DNA of 64,000 bases from Lobosporangium transversale (lineage: Eukaryota), in assembly GCF_002105155.1 (NCBI RefSeq), contig NW_019028991.1, positions 620,001-684,000 on the forward strand, written 5' to 3'. The notes beneath the pieces were generated by a model. It did not search any database, had not been told where the DNA came from, and saw nothing but the letters and a program-made list of their open reading frames with translations. Both the position numbers and the translations under genes were made by a program. Shown here piece by piece: positions 35,338-46,129 of this stretch. Position 1 is the first letter of the stretch; every line of letters begins with the position of its first letter.

Positions 35338-36764
35338 CGCTTTGTTTGCGAGTAAGGGACATTCACTCATCTTTTCCTCATACCTCTACCCTCCAACGCT
35401 CAATTTGTCTTTTCTTATACAACACTGTTCGTCCCTTCGAAACATTGGGTCATTTCACATGTTATCAATCAACAAAAAGAAGTGCGTTTGACCCACAGAC
35501 CCTCTCTTCAGACCCCTTTCAGCTTGACAATGGCTTGGATAGCTTGCTTGGAAATGTATCTCTCGGATGGGAGACCAATAGTGACATCCCTGATGACCAA
35601 GCTTATGATGAGTTTGTGTTCGATCTGGCTCCATCTACCTTCGATACTCCTGCGACTGTGAATGTCGCAGACTTGATTGTGGGGTCTAGTTCGATGGATG
35701 TATCAGCATCTGTATCTCCTCGTGAGTTAGATTTGCAAAATGACAGCACCTACCACGATCTTGCACTGGCCAATTACTATGGATTCAACGAAGATACTGC
35801 CTTCGATTATGAGTCCGGTTCGGAGTCTAGTTCAGAATCTGATAATGATGATTCTAAGGACCCTGAAGATGACGAGGAAGTGGAGAAGTCCGCAATAGCT
35901 ACATCGTGCGATGCATCCATCAGCTCTGTGAATTTTCCTATGCTCACTACTGAAACGATCATTGCAGATGATGTAATCCCTATTGCTGTCGCCTGCAAAG
36001 AAAATCCACAACAACTGGCTAACTTGTCAGTACCCGTCGCCTCCCGGGACCCTAATAAACGTCGCATGGAGGAAGATCTAGTTACCCGCATTAGTAATGA
36101 TCTAGGACCTGAACATATGTCTGGCCTTTTCAGAATCTTGAAGGGTGGTCATGAAGAAGAAGAGGCAGATGAAGTAGAAGAAATGGAAGTTGATCTGTCA
36201 TCTCTGGATGAGGCCACGTTGGTTGAAGTATATCAGTACGTTGAGTCGTGCTGTATGCAGACCATGGCATCGATTCTTGCTGCAGAACAACGTGAGCGAG
36301 CAGCATTGGAGAAACAGAAGCAATGCTCTGCAGAGAGGACTCCCGAGCTATCTTGTGATCCTTCATCCTCATCCTCGTTATCCAGCTCTCCTTCTCCTTC
36401 TCACCCATCATCCCATCCAGTATCTCCTAGAAGTCGCCGGTCAAGCCATAGTTGCCACAGTAATAGGAAACGCAATGGCGTAGTGTCATCGTTGTCTCAC
36501 CATGATTCTACTGTAACTGAGCTACAGGATGCACTCTGGAATGTAGTGGCATCAGCAGCCCATCATCCTTATAAGCCTCGCAGGAAACGCTCCAACACTA
36601 GCGCGGGTCGCAGGTCGCAAGAGACTCAGATGCAGATCCAGCAAACAGCACGAAGCCTTAACTCAGAGGAGACGCTAGTCTTGTGCGCAGTCAAGCATGA
36701 CCTTCAAGGCAATGAGATGGAGATGGGTGAAGATGACGCAGAGATTGATATCGTGGGCATCTAA
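34233..36764 (+). CDS. Low-complexity protein with an extra-terminal (ET/BET-type) domain; 5' exons tentative
   Basis: The main exon contains EEDLVTRISNDLGPEHMSGLFRIL...EEMEVDLSSLDEATLVEVYQYV. A candidate exon 1 (ATGGGAGG|GTAAGT at 34233) joins in frame to an exon at 34997-35257; the acceptor of the last exon is uncertain. Confidence 0.65.
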
Positions 36765-37014
36765 GCAAGCTTTTTTGGGGGCTCTTTTCCTCCCTTGTAC
36801 TTTTTACTCTACCACAACCAGCAACTTTGTTGTGTACATGTGTATATTAATGTGTATTTTAGATTGCGGGTTGTAGGAGACTTCCATAGTTTTGTTTAAA
36901 AAAGTCTTTTTTGTTTTTGTTTTTGTTTTTTTTTTTTAGTTGCAGAGTTGCAGTAATAAAAGAAAAGGAAAGTCAAGAGTAATTATAGTATTTTGAAACT
37001 AATAATAGACTATT

Positions 37015-38979
37015 TCAAAAAGTTCGCGAGTATCTCACACGAGTCCAGCCTCTCACCCTCAGAACTGGCACTTCGCCATCTCTGACTGACTGTTGTCCAT
37101 ATTGCATGATCAGCTTTTGAAACTGAGGACAGTGTCGACGGATCTCCCAGATTCCTCGATAGGTTACTTTATCAAGACCTTGGATGTCCAATACTCTGAG
37201 TTCTAAGCAATGTTTTGCAATGAAATAGATTCCCTCATCTGTGACTTCTGAACAGTATGCAATGTTCAAAGTCTGCAATGATGATGGGAAAAGGGTAGAT
37301 AAACATTGAAGCGTTGAATCCGTCACTGCTTCAAAACAATGAGCGAGGTTGAGGGAAACCAAGTTATAACAAGAGCCCAATACTTTTTCTAAGCCTGTTG
37401 TAGTAGTACATGTCTGTTCCTGCTCCTGTGGGGTTTCTGGGGTTTCAAGATGGTAATGAACTTTAGTACTACTACGGCTTGTATTACTAATATGACCACC
37501 GGCGCCTGTCTTGGACAAATTTAGGATGCGTAATGATTTTGCAATTGAAGGCGTATTAGCTAGTTGTGAAAGGACCTTATCTGTAACCAAACCATCTCGA
37601 CCCTGTTGTTTACATCCTGCGAAATTCAATGTTGATACTTCAAGACAACGGTTCAAGATTTCCGATAATCCCTTTTGCGTAATCCCTGGACAATCCATTA
37701 GCTCCAATGTTTTCAGTTTTGGACAGGAATTAGCCAAGACAGATAATGAAGCATCTGAGAATTGTTTTGGAGCTCGGATCAAGAGTGCATGAAGCGATGG
37801 CGTTCGAGGTAATAAATGAGCTAGGAAAGGGTCTGAGACAATGTAGTAAAGGTCTGAAAAGTCAAGGACACGGATAAATAAGCCATATTGAGGATGGATA
37901 AACGGAGAAGCTGATTGTGACGATGGAGGAGATGATGACAATGATGATGATGACGGCGGTAATGATAATGATAATGGAAGCGATGAGATGTTATGATCAC
38001 TGATGCTGCTGAGGACGCAGTTATTGTCGTGGCCATTGCTGCCGCTGCTGATTCCACTGTTTTTGTGATTGTTTTGGGTCTTGTGGTCTGTGCTTGTTGA
38101 GCCCAAATATGTTTGTTGTGTGGAAGCATTGTTGAGTATTGATCCCACGATGCCACATTGTGTGTGATTGTTATCGTTTGCAGAGCCATGTTGTTCTGAA
38201 AGGCTCAGCTGTTCTGTCTGTGTCTCTGTTTCTGTCTCTGTCCCTAGCTTCGGGCTCGTACCGGTTTCAGCAGTGGTCGGTGAGGCTCTTGGTGATGTAG
38301 AAGGTGAAAAGATTTCTCTGGCGTTGAAGAACAATAGCTGCTCATCCTCAGAGATATCTCGCTCGCTAGTACAGCTGCCTCCCCATCCCACTCGGACTTT
38401 ATCCTTTTCTTGATTTTCAGCCAACTGCAGAAGAGGGCACGAGATGATATCGTCGTTTTCATACTCGTTCAATTTGGCTTTTGGTTGTATAAGCTGTTGC
38501 TGTTCAGCGCTAGGCCTTTTTTTTGATACCACATTGGAGTGATAAGGAGCAAAAGGTGATAACAGTGGTGGTGGAGATGATAGTGATGAAGATGATGAGG
38601 GTAACAGGATACATTCCTTTATAGTACTGCTTGTTGAATCGTGAACATTCGAAGTACTCATGTTTGCACTTTGTAAGTCATTTGGCAGCAACCTTCCATG
38701 TTGCTGATGTTGCAGAATTGCAGTGTTGGCGATGGTTTTGAGGAGCTTCATCCATGAGACATAATACAGCATGAAGGGTGAATGCCACAGCTGTGGGATC
38801 ACTCGTTGGGACCATCTCTTCGAAATCAAGGCGCAGTTCAAGAGTGAAGCATGATCGAGATAGATGAGGATCTGGTCAAGAATCTCAGGTGGGAGTTTGT
38901 CATATATATCCTTAAATCTGACTCCTTTTTTGGAAGAGGACATCTCATACTGACTATTAGAAGATTGATGGTTTGACAT
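37015..38979 (-). CDS. F-box / leucine-rich repeat protein
   Basis: F-box LPPEILDQILIYLD...CALISKRW...LW followed by cysteine-containing LRRs (CPKLKTLELMDCPGIT, LQTLNIAYCSEVTDEGI). Single ORF. Confidence 0.88.
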   Translation of the reverse strand: MSNHQSSNSQYEMSSSKKGVRFKDIYDKLPPEILDQILIYLDHASLLNCALISKRWSQRVIPQLWHSPFMLYYVSWMKLLKTIANTAILQHQQHGRLLPNDLQSANMSTSNVHDSTSSTIKECILLPSSSSSLSSPPPLLSPFAPYHSNVVSKKRPSAEQQQLIQPKAKLNEYENDDIISCPLLQLAENQEKDKVRVGWGGSCTSERDISEDEQLLFFNAREIFSPSTSPRASPTTAETGTSPKLGTETETETQTEQLSLSEQHGSANDNNHTQCGIVGSILNNASTQQTYLGSTSTDHKTQNNHKNSGISSGSNGHDNNCVLSSISDHNISSLPLSLSLPPSSSSLSSSPPSSQSASPFIHPQYGLFIRVLDFSDLYYIVSDPFLAHLLPRTPSLHALLIRAPKQFSDASLSVLANSCPKLKTLELMDCPGITQKGLSEILNRCLEVSTLNFAGCKQQGRDGLVTDKVLSQLANTPSIAKSLRILNLSKTGAGGHISNTSRSSTKVHYHLETPETPQEQEQTCTTTTGLEKVLGSCYNLVSLNLAHCFEAVTDSTLQCLSTLFPSSLQTLNIAYCSEVTDEGIYFIAKHCLELRVLDIQGLDKVTYRGIWEIRRHCPQFQKLIMQYGQQSVRDGEVPVLRVRGWTRVRYSRTF

Positions 38980-39190
38980 GATTGTACTTGGGCTCTTGAT
39001 GGTTTATTGGAAAAGATGTGATGAAGAATGTATTTAGTGAATGTGTAAAAGAAGAGGAAGCACAAACGAGGACCAGAAACATCAGAAAAAAATTCAGAAA
39101 CGATATTTTGGTCAAACTATTCTATTGTGCAACCATGACAGATGTGTGATCAGGTGCAACATTTTTAAATTAATAGCTCATGGTTTTACT

Positions 39191-41400
39191 TTAATTGACA
39201 AACAAGAATCGCAGATCCTCAGGCGTCAAACGCGCCAAGGCTGCGGGATCTTTGCCAATTGTGCTATCCACCATTGCCTGCTTCTTCTCTTGAAGCTGTA
39301 GAATACGACTCTCAATCGAATTCTCAATAATGAGTCGTGTAATAAGGATGGGCCGGTATTGCCCAATACGGTGGATACGATCCATTGCCTGCAATTCTGC
39401 TGCAGGATTCCACCATGGATCACAGATAAATACTCGACTAGCTGCTGTCAAGTTCAATGCGACGCCTCCTGCTTTTAACGAAATCAGGAATACCGTTACT
39501 GTTGGATCGTCACTAAATTTCCTGATTGAAGCGTCGCGTTGTGCGGGCGTCATGTGGCCATCTAGCTTAACGCACTTAAAACCGGCTTTCTCGAGGCGCC
39601 ACTTAATCAGATCTAAGAAGGTTACATACTGTGAAAAACAAATACTCTTCGTAGATCGATCCTGACGCTGTAGATTATAAAGTTGCTCTACTAAAGCTTC
39701 AATTTTTGTCGAGCTCCGCCATGTGTCCATGTTAATGCGATTCACAATCGAGGTACGGGCAAAGTTTCGGTGTTTAACTTCTGCTTCATAATCTGGCTCC
39801 TCTTTCATATAAGTGGGCTGTTGGAGATCGATCGAAAGAGGGATATGACAAACCGGGCACTCGGGTGCCTCGACAGCCGATGATGTGATATACTGTTCTG
39901 CATCTTCACGACAGAAAAGATGGTGGCACTTGCTGACAATGGGGTCCTCCGCCTAATATGGCCATGACAAGAAGTAAAAAAAATAGTATTAGATTAAATT
40001 AGGCACTTTTAAGAGATCAAATCATTTCTCGTAAAAGTCTATTACCTCTTCTTGACAAATACAGCAGACTAGAGTCTCAGGGAGGCCGACGTCACCTGGC
40101 TTGACCTTCTTCAAGACAAGGTCTGGATGGTCAACCATCTGCCTCATCTTTGTGAGAAGCTCAAAGATATTTGCATAGTTGTTGAGCACAGTACCCTGTT
40201 CGACATATGTTGAGAACTTGCGTTTTGTATCTGAGAAAAGTGACTCATATAGGTCCTCCTCCTCTTCGTTAAACAGATATCGGCTGACGATCATCTTCCG
40301 TGGAGGCAGCCCTAAGTCATCTGCTCGCTCCACTTTAGTTCGGCGCAACATTATCCGATCGAGCAATTTACGGAGCTTCGCAAACGCTTCTTCTCCAGAC
40401 CCTTCCGCAGCAAAAGTCTGAATTGGTTTCAGGATTTCATTATTCCACCAACAGACATGACTTCAAGCATCAATGAAGTGGAAGAGCTCAGTTAGCAGCG
40501 GCATCAACAAATTACGCGATGAAATTCTTACAATTTAATATGATATACTTACTCCATGGGTCTGTGTCCACAGTCATCACAATCTTTCATGTTGCTATAC
40601 TTCCAGTGAAGCGACTTGCATGAGCACTTTTTGCAAAAGTAATATCTAAAAGATAGTGAAGAGTCGCATCAGCACCGAAGTAATTAAGTAAACAATACTA
40701 ATCAAAATCTCAACGAGAATGAGCAGTTGTACTGGGGCTTTTACCCATATGGATCGGCTTGCATGAAGCGAATAAGAGAGTATAATTCTCCAACTCGATT
40801 CTGCATAGGTGTTCCAGATAAGCACCACTTTCTATCAGCTTCAAGTGCAAACTAAGGAACAATAAGATCAATAAAGATATCGTATTCGGAGCAGCTGCCC
40901 CATTCATATACAATTCCAGCCTTTCAAACTTACTGCAGATCTTGCTGTATTACACGAACGCTCCTTGATATTATGGGCTTCGTCCAGAATGATACGATAC
41001 CACTTGATACGGTGCAATAACGAATATTCTTTAACAGTTGTATTTCCTCGTCTAAAACCATACTTCTGCTTTCTGAACGCCGATTCGATGATAGAGTCTT
41101 CAAAGTATAAAAAAAAAAGTTAGATCAACGACAGAAACAAATGCATGTTCACCGTTATTAACTAAATTTACCGCTTACAGGTGGTTACGACGACATCATG
41201 GCTCAAAAGCTCCTTCATGCTTTCAGTACGATTTGGACCATGAAATACCAGGGCCTTAAGGGATGGGGCATGATTGGTGATCTCACTGACCCACTGCAGA
41301 ATGGCAACAGTTGGGGCAACGATCAGATTGGGTTTCCCAGACTCTGACAAAAGTAGCGATATCATCTGGATAGTCTTCCCCATACCCATTTCATCCTATG

Positions 41401-41441
<41 letters not shown>

Positions 41442-41992
41442 AGTATGCATTGTTTTCGTGGAGAAGACAGGGACAGACACAAATTTCATTTGTCTTACAG
41501 CTAGAATTCCGCCCTTGAACTATAATTGAATGAAATTATTGTATAAACTACAGATTAGTAAAACGGAGCACATGGTTGGAGAAATATATAGAGAAAATCT
41601 GATCGATGACAAGTAGATAGGAGAAAGCGTTATCAAGTTACCATAGATTTCTCTTGTTTACGCATCCAGCCTAATCCTTCACGTTGGAAAGGTAAGAGTT
41701 TGAGTTTTAAGCCTTCCGGCTGCTCTGCAGCCTCAGGTGCTTGAATGCCAACCTTTTCAAGATCATCCCAGACAGTTGCAAGTTCGGGATGAAACTCTAA
41801 AAGTCTCTTGTTGACTTTCTCCGCCTAGTTAAGATGAATGATTTAGTAGCTTTCTAAAATTGAGGATATGGGTATTTTCTAGTCAAAGTACGGACGGCTT
41901 TTGCCTTACCCATGTCATAGTCCCTCTAGTTCGATCTCTCGCACGAGAAATAGGTCTGGCTACTGACCCCTCACTTGAATCAGAGGAAGAAG

Positions 41993-42024
<32 letters not shown>

Positions 42025-42716
42025 GATTCCTCGTTGATATTATCGCTGTCGTCCTTGATTTGAGCTGAAACTGCTGCAGCAGCTTTTACAGAGGCAATAC
42101 GTGAGGGCTTTGTCCTTATATGTGTAGAAGATGAAGATGACGATGACGGCACGGATTTAGAGGTGGAAGCTTCAAGCTTGACAGCCGCAGCTTTGGAACG
42201 TGTAGGCCTCTTAGAGACCGTGGACTTGGAGGGAGGTGGACTATCAGCTATTTCGCTCAAATCCTCGCTCTTGAGAAGATCCGAGTCATCATCATCGTCG
42301 GATTCAATTTTGAGCCGTCTACTCAGGTCCATCGAGCCCGAACTTCTGGTGCGCTTGAGAGAGCGAGGATCAGCAATCAACTGATTCGAGGATGGGTCCT
42401 CGATCTTTCTCCTCTTCCCTAGGGCGACAGCGCTTGGAGTTACAACTGTTGATGGAAGGAAATCGTCCTCATCATCACTATTTTCCTTGGCCTGCTTCTT
42501 ATCATCCTTATCATCATCGTCAATATTTAAATTTGATAGTGAAAAACTTGTATTGGGAGTGGAGGACCCTGAACTGGCCCTACTTGCCTCTGAGGCCGAA
42601 GTAGAGCTCATTGAATTAGAGGCAACAGCAGCAGCGGCAGCACGAGTCTGTCTTGTAGAGCGAGTGACTCTGCCTGAGGCCACGGAGGCAGTTGGAGTAG
42701 CCTTTTTGGGAGGCAT
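39191..42716 (-). CDS. RAD16: SNF2-family RING helicase, nucleotide excision repair protein Rad16, multi-exon
   Basis: Motifs [63 protein letters not shown], a RING finger, [12 protein letters not shown] and [21 protein letters not shown]. Confidence 0.95.
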
Positions 42717-43005
42717 TAGCTTGTGTAATGAGAAAGAGTGATGTTGAAGAAAGAATGGAAAGCGATGTCTGTCTGCCAGCGAATGCAGGACGAGAGGTCA
42801 AACGAGTGAGGATGGGGTGTAAAGGAAAAGAGAAGGAAACAACACAGCTTGCTTTTTTCTAAATTTTGCTTTGACATTTTTGACATTTTTGGTGGCAAGA
42901 CCTGTCAAAAAAAAAAGAAATAAAAAGTATTATCTACTTAGCAGTCACAACCAACCATCCCCATCAAGACCTTTTTCTTGTCCCTGCCAACATTCGCTCA
43001 AGAAG

Positions 43006-45519
43006 ATGGAGTCCGATCAAGTGTCACCAATGGAAGCAGTGGAGACAAGTGCAACCTTGAATTCAAGGTCACTACCGACAGCTATCCCTGAAATCCTATC
43101 CATCACCTTTTCATTTCTTGATAAGGAGACGGTACTTGCAGCATGTCGCGTCGCACGTGTGTGGCACCAGGCTGCAGTGCCTATACTCTGGAGGGCATTG
43201 ATACAGCCTAAACTTACGCCATCATTCTACACTCAGTTAAAGACAAATGGCTGCCACGTGAAGTATGCGGAGCTAGTCCTAGACACTGACAACAGATGTC
43301 ATTCGATTGTGCCAATGGAGCTGACCCGTATCTTGCAAGCAACACCACGAATAAAGTATCTTGGACTATACTTGTCACATGGAGAGCTACTAGAGACTAC
43401 TTCCTCCTTATTGAGGACGATAATGTGCTTGGTGGCACCACAGCTTACAGGCATCGCTCTGGGCATTGGCTTGATTCGTGAAGAAGATGCCCAAATTTTT
43501 TTCCCATCGCTTACATCTATCAAGACGATTGAGCTTGTACGTTGTGCCTCGTCCTCAGTCCTCAAATCAATTGGAAACTCACAGCATCGGATGGGCACAG
43601 GGCTCTACAGCATAAAGGCAGGCCATACTTCACCAGGAGGTTCATTGGAAGGAACAGACATTGAGCTTTTCGGCGATGTTGCACTGGGCGAGCTTGGACA
43701 GAATGTCCCAAACCTGCAACATCTGAGTATCGTCAGAAACCTCAATATCGGGTCAGCTGGATTAGCCGAATTTGCAACGCACTGCAAGACAATTACGCGA
43801 TTGAATTTAGAAGGCTGTCAACTCATTGAACCAATCGGCATTGAGGCTCTGATTGAGGCGTCGTTGCAGCTTAAATATGTCAAATTAGCTCGGACAGCGA
43901 CTAATGATCAGGTTTTATTCAAGCTTTCAACACCACCAGAGCGTGCTGCGAAACTAAAGGCTCTATCAATCACACACTGCGTTGACGTCACAAGCTGTGG
44001 CATTCGATTCATTTTAGAGCTTTGTGAAAACTTGATTGACCTCGATTTTTCGCATTGCCCATATGTAAGGGTTAATATTTTCAAGGAACCAGCATGGGCA
44101 TGTGCACAACTCAAAACACTTTCGATGGTTTATATTCACCAGAAAGTCTTGCCACATCAGAATGGTGTGCCGGATAAAGGTTCCACTTCCTACGCTATAG
44201 CTCAAGAGACTATACCTTTGCTGATATACCAACAACTTGGCCGACTCACCAAACTTCGAGAGCTTACTATTGGCGGCATGTGGATAGACCCAAAGCTATT
44301 CTCTTTAGGGCGCAGGACTCTAGAATCTCTCAAAGAGTTGGAAACACTGCGACTTATAAATTTTCAAGTGCCCCTTACCCGTAAGGAAATCATTTGGATA
44401 GTGACGTGGCTCCGGAGCCTTCGTAAGCTTCAGATTGACGAGGGTAGTGTTGATCAAAGTCTTTTGGATACCCTGCTGGAGATCAATACAGGGCTCAAGC
44501 TTGAATTATATTCGCCGACAAATCGTCAAATTCAGGCTACGGGAGCCGGTTGGGGGCCTACAGGGGAAGAAGATGCCTATAATACTAGTGGCGAGGAGGA
44601 CCATAGTGAGATGAATGATAGTCCAATGAGCGAAGGACATTGGGGGTCCGATGATGATGATCGAACACATTCATATTATTCTGGTTACGACGATGAGTCG
44701 AGTGACGAGTATGGCAGCGATGACGGTGGATATAGAGGCTATGGAGGCTATGGACGCTATTGGGGATATGGGAGCTACAGAACCGCAAGCGAAGTTCACA
44801 CAGACGATTCTGAAGAAGAACACCTTCGACAAGAAGAAGAGGAAGAAGAGCGCCTTCGACTGGAAGAGGAGGAGGAAGAAGAACGCCTTCGATTGGAAGA
44901 GGAAGATGAAGAAGAAGAGCGTCTCCGACAAGAGGAGGAAGAAGAAGAAGAGCGCCTCCGACAAGAGGAGGAAGAGGAAGAAGAGCGCCTCCGACAAGAG
45001 GAGGAAGAGGAGGAAGAGCGCCTTCGACAAGAGGAAGAAGAAGAAGAAGAGCGCCTCCGACAAGAGGAGGAAGAGGAAGAAGAGCGTCTTCGACTGGAAG
45101 AGCAAGAGGAAGAAGAACGCCTACGACAAGAGGAGGAAGAGGAGGAAGAGCGCCTTCGACAAGAGGAAGAAGAAGAAGAAGAGCGTCTCCGACAAGAGGA
45201 GGAAGAGGAAGAAGAGCGTCTTCGACTGGAAGAGGAGGAGGAGGAGGAACGCCTACGACTGGAAGAGGAAGAGGAAGAGGAAGAGGAAGAGGAAGAAGAA
45301 GAAGATCAGGATGACGTGTCATTGGACCGCAGAGTACACATTCGATTTCGGGAAAATCTAAGTTCCCCATCTGCGTCTGAAGTTGAAGACTGCGAGTCGA
45401 CTTCTGAAGGAAGCTCAAGAGACCATCGATATAACTCTTCAGACTCTGGTTCCGAATCGGCAAATTCAGTAAGCATATCCAGCGATGAACCCGACTACGA
45501 CTATTCTGATTACGATTAG
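43006..45519 (+). CDS. F-box-like / LRR protein with a long acidic repeat tail
   Basis: IPEILSITFSFLD...ACRVARVWHQAAVPILWR, several LRRs, WACAQLKTL...IYQQLGRLTKLREL, then Glu-rich repeats. Confidence 0.85.
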   Translation: MESDQVSPMEAVETSATLNSRSLPTAIPEILSITFSFLDKETVLAACRVARVWHQAAVPILWRALIQPKLTPSFYTQLKTNGCHVKYAELVLDTDNRCHSIVPMELTRILQATPRIKYLGLYLSHGELLETTSSLLRTIMCLVAPQLTGIALGIGLIREEDAQIFFPSLTSIKTIELVRCASSSVLKSIGNSQHRMGTGLYSIKAGHTSPGGSLEGTDIELFGDVALGELGQNVPNLQHLSIVRNLNIGSAGLAEFATHCKTITRLNLEGCQLIEPIGIEALIEASLQLKYVKLARTATNDQVLFKLSTPPERAAKLKALSITHCVDVTSCGIRFILELCENLIDLDFSHCPYVRVNIFKEPAWACAQLKTLSMVYIHQKVLPHQNGVPDKGSTSYAIAQETIPLLIYQQLGRLTKLRELTIGGMWIDPKLFSLGRRTLESLKELETLRLINFQVPLTRKEIIWIVTWLRSLRKLQIDEGSVDQSLLDTLLEINTGLKLELYSPTNRQIQATGAGWGPTGEEDAYNTSGEEDHSEMNDSPMSEGHWGSDDDDRTHSYYSGYDDESSDEYGSDDGGYRGYGGYGRYWGYGSYRTASEVHTDDSEEEHLRQEEEEEERLRLEEEEEEERLRLEEEDEEEERLRQEEEEEEERLRQEEEEEEERLRQEEEEEEERLRQEEEEEEERLRQEEEEEEERLRLEEQEEEERLRQEEEEEEERLRQEEEEEEERLRQEEEEEEERLRLEEEEEEERLRLEEEEEEEEEEEEEEDQDDVSLDRRVHIRFRENLSSPSASEVEDCESTSEGSSRDHRYNSSDSGSESANSVSISSDEPDYDYSDYD
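44812..45303 (+). repeat. ~33-bp coding minisatellite (~14 units) encoding E6-8-RLR(Q/L)
   Basis: Visible repeated GAAGAGGAG...GAGCGCCT(C/T)CGAC(A/T) units. Confidence 0.95.
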
Positions 45520-46129
45520 ACCGGGACTGCAGTTAGCTTTCTTCTTTCCAATATTCTCAAAGGATATGAGCATCCCGCAAGCGTGCATTGTACATAGTCA
45601 GTCTCTTGATATTGAATAAAAAATCATCCTATTGGTATACGAATACAGACTTCTAATGAATTAGCTCCATGCACCTGAACTTTACTTGCATGTTGGGCCA
45701 AAATCTCCCTTCTTTCTAGCTGCTCGCTAAAATACATGAGTTTTGCTGTCCACACTCATCTAGCCGTTTGTTTAACACAACATGGTAGATGTTTATTCAA
45801 AATCACAAGATGAAAGAATGATATCGACTGCGCAGAGAGCCAGGAAACAACAAATTGCCTTTCTGGAAACCATAGTGGGTATGCATTTTATTGCTCTATA
45901 GACTACATTTTTGGGATGTTGTCTTTTTTTTTTTTTTTTTTTTTTTGAATCGTAATGTACAAGTATTATGAAATGAAAATTGGGGAAGTCTGGAGAAAGA
46001 ATGGTATTAAAAAACAACGAGGGTAGGAGTGAAAAAAATAAAAAAAGAAAACCAATCAACACTCAACAACCATATTGCTGTTAAAGGCCGTTTGGTTGCG
46101 GGAACGTAATTAGCTCTGTCGAAACAACG

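Noticed and set aside
44585..45463. Long alternative-frame and antisense ORFs (Pro/Leu-, Lys/Arg- and Phe-rich)
   Set aside because: Shadows of the Glu-rich minisatellite in the F-box gene.
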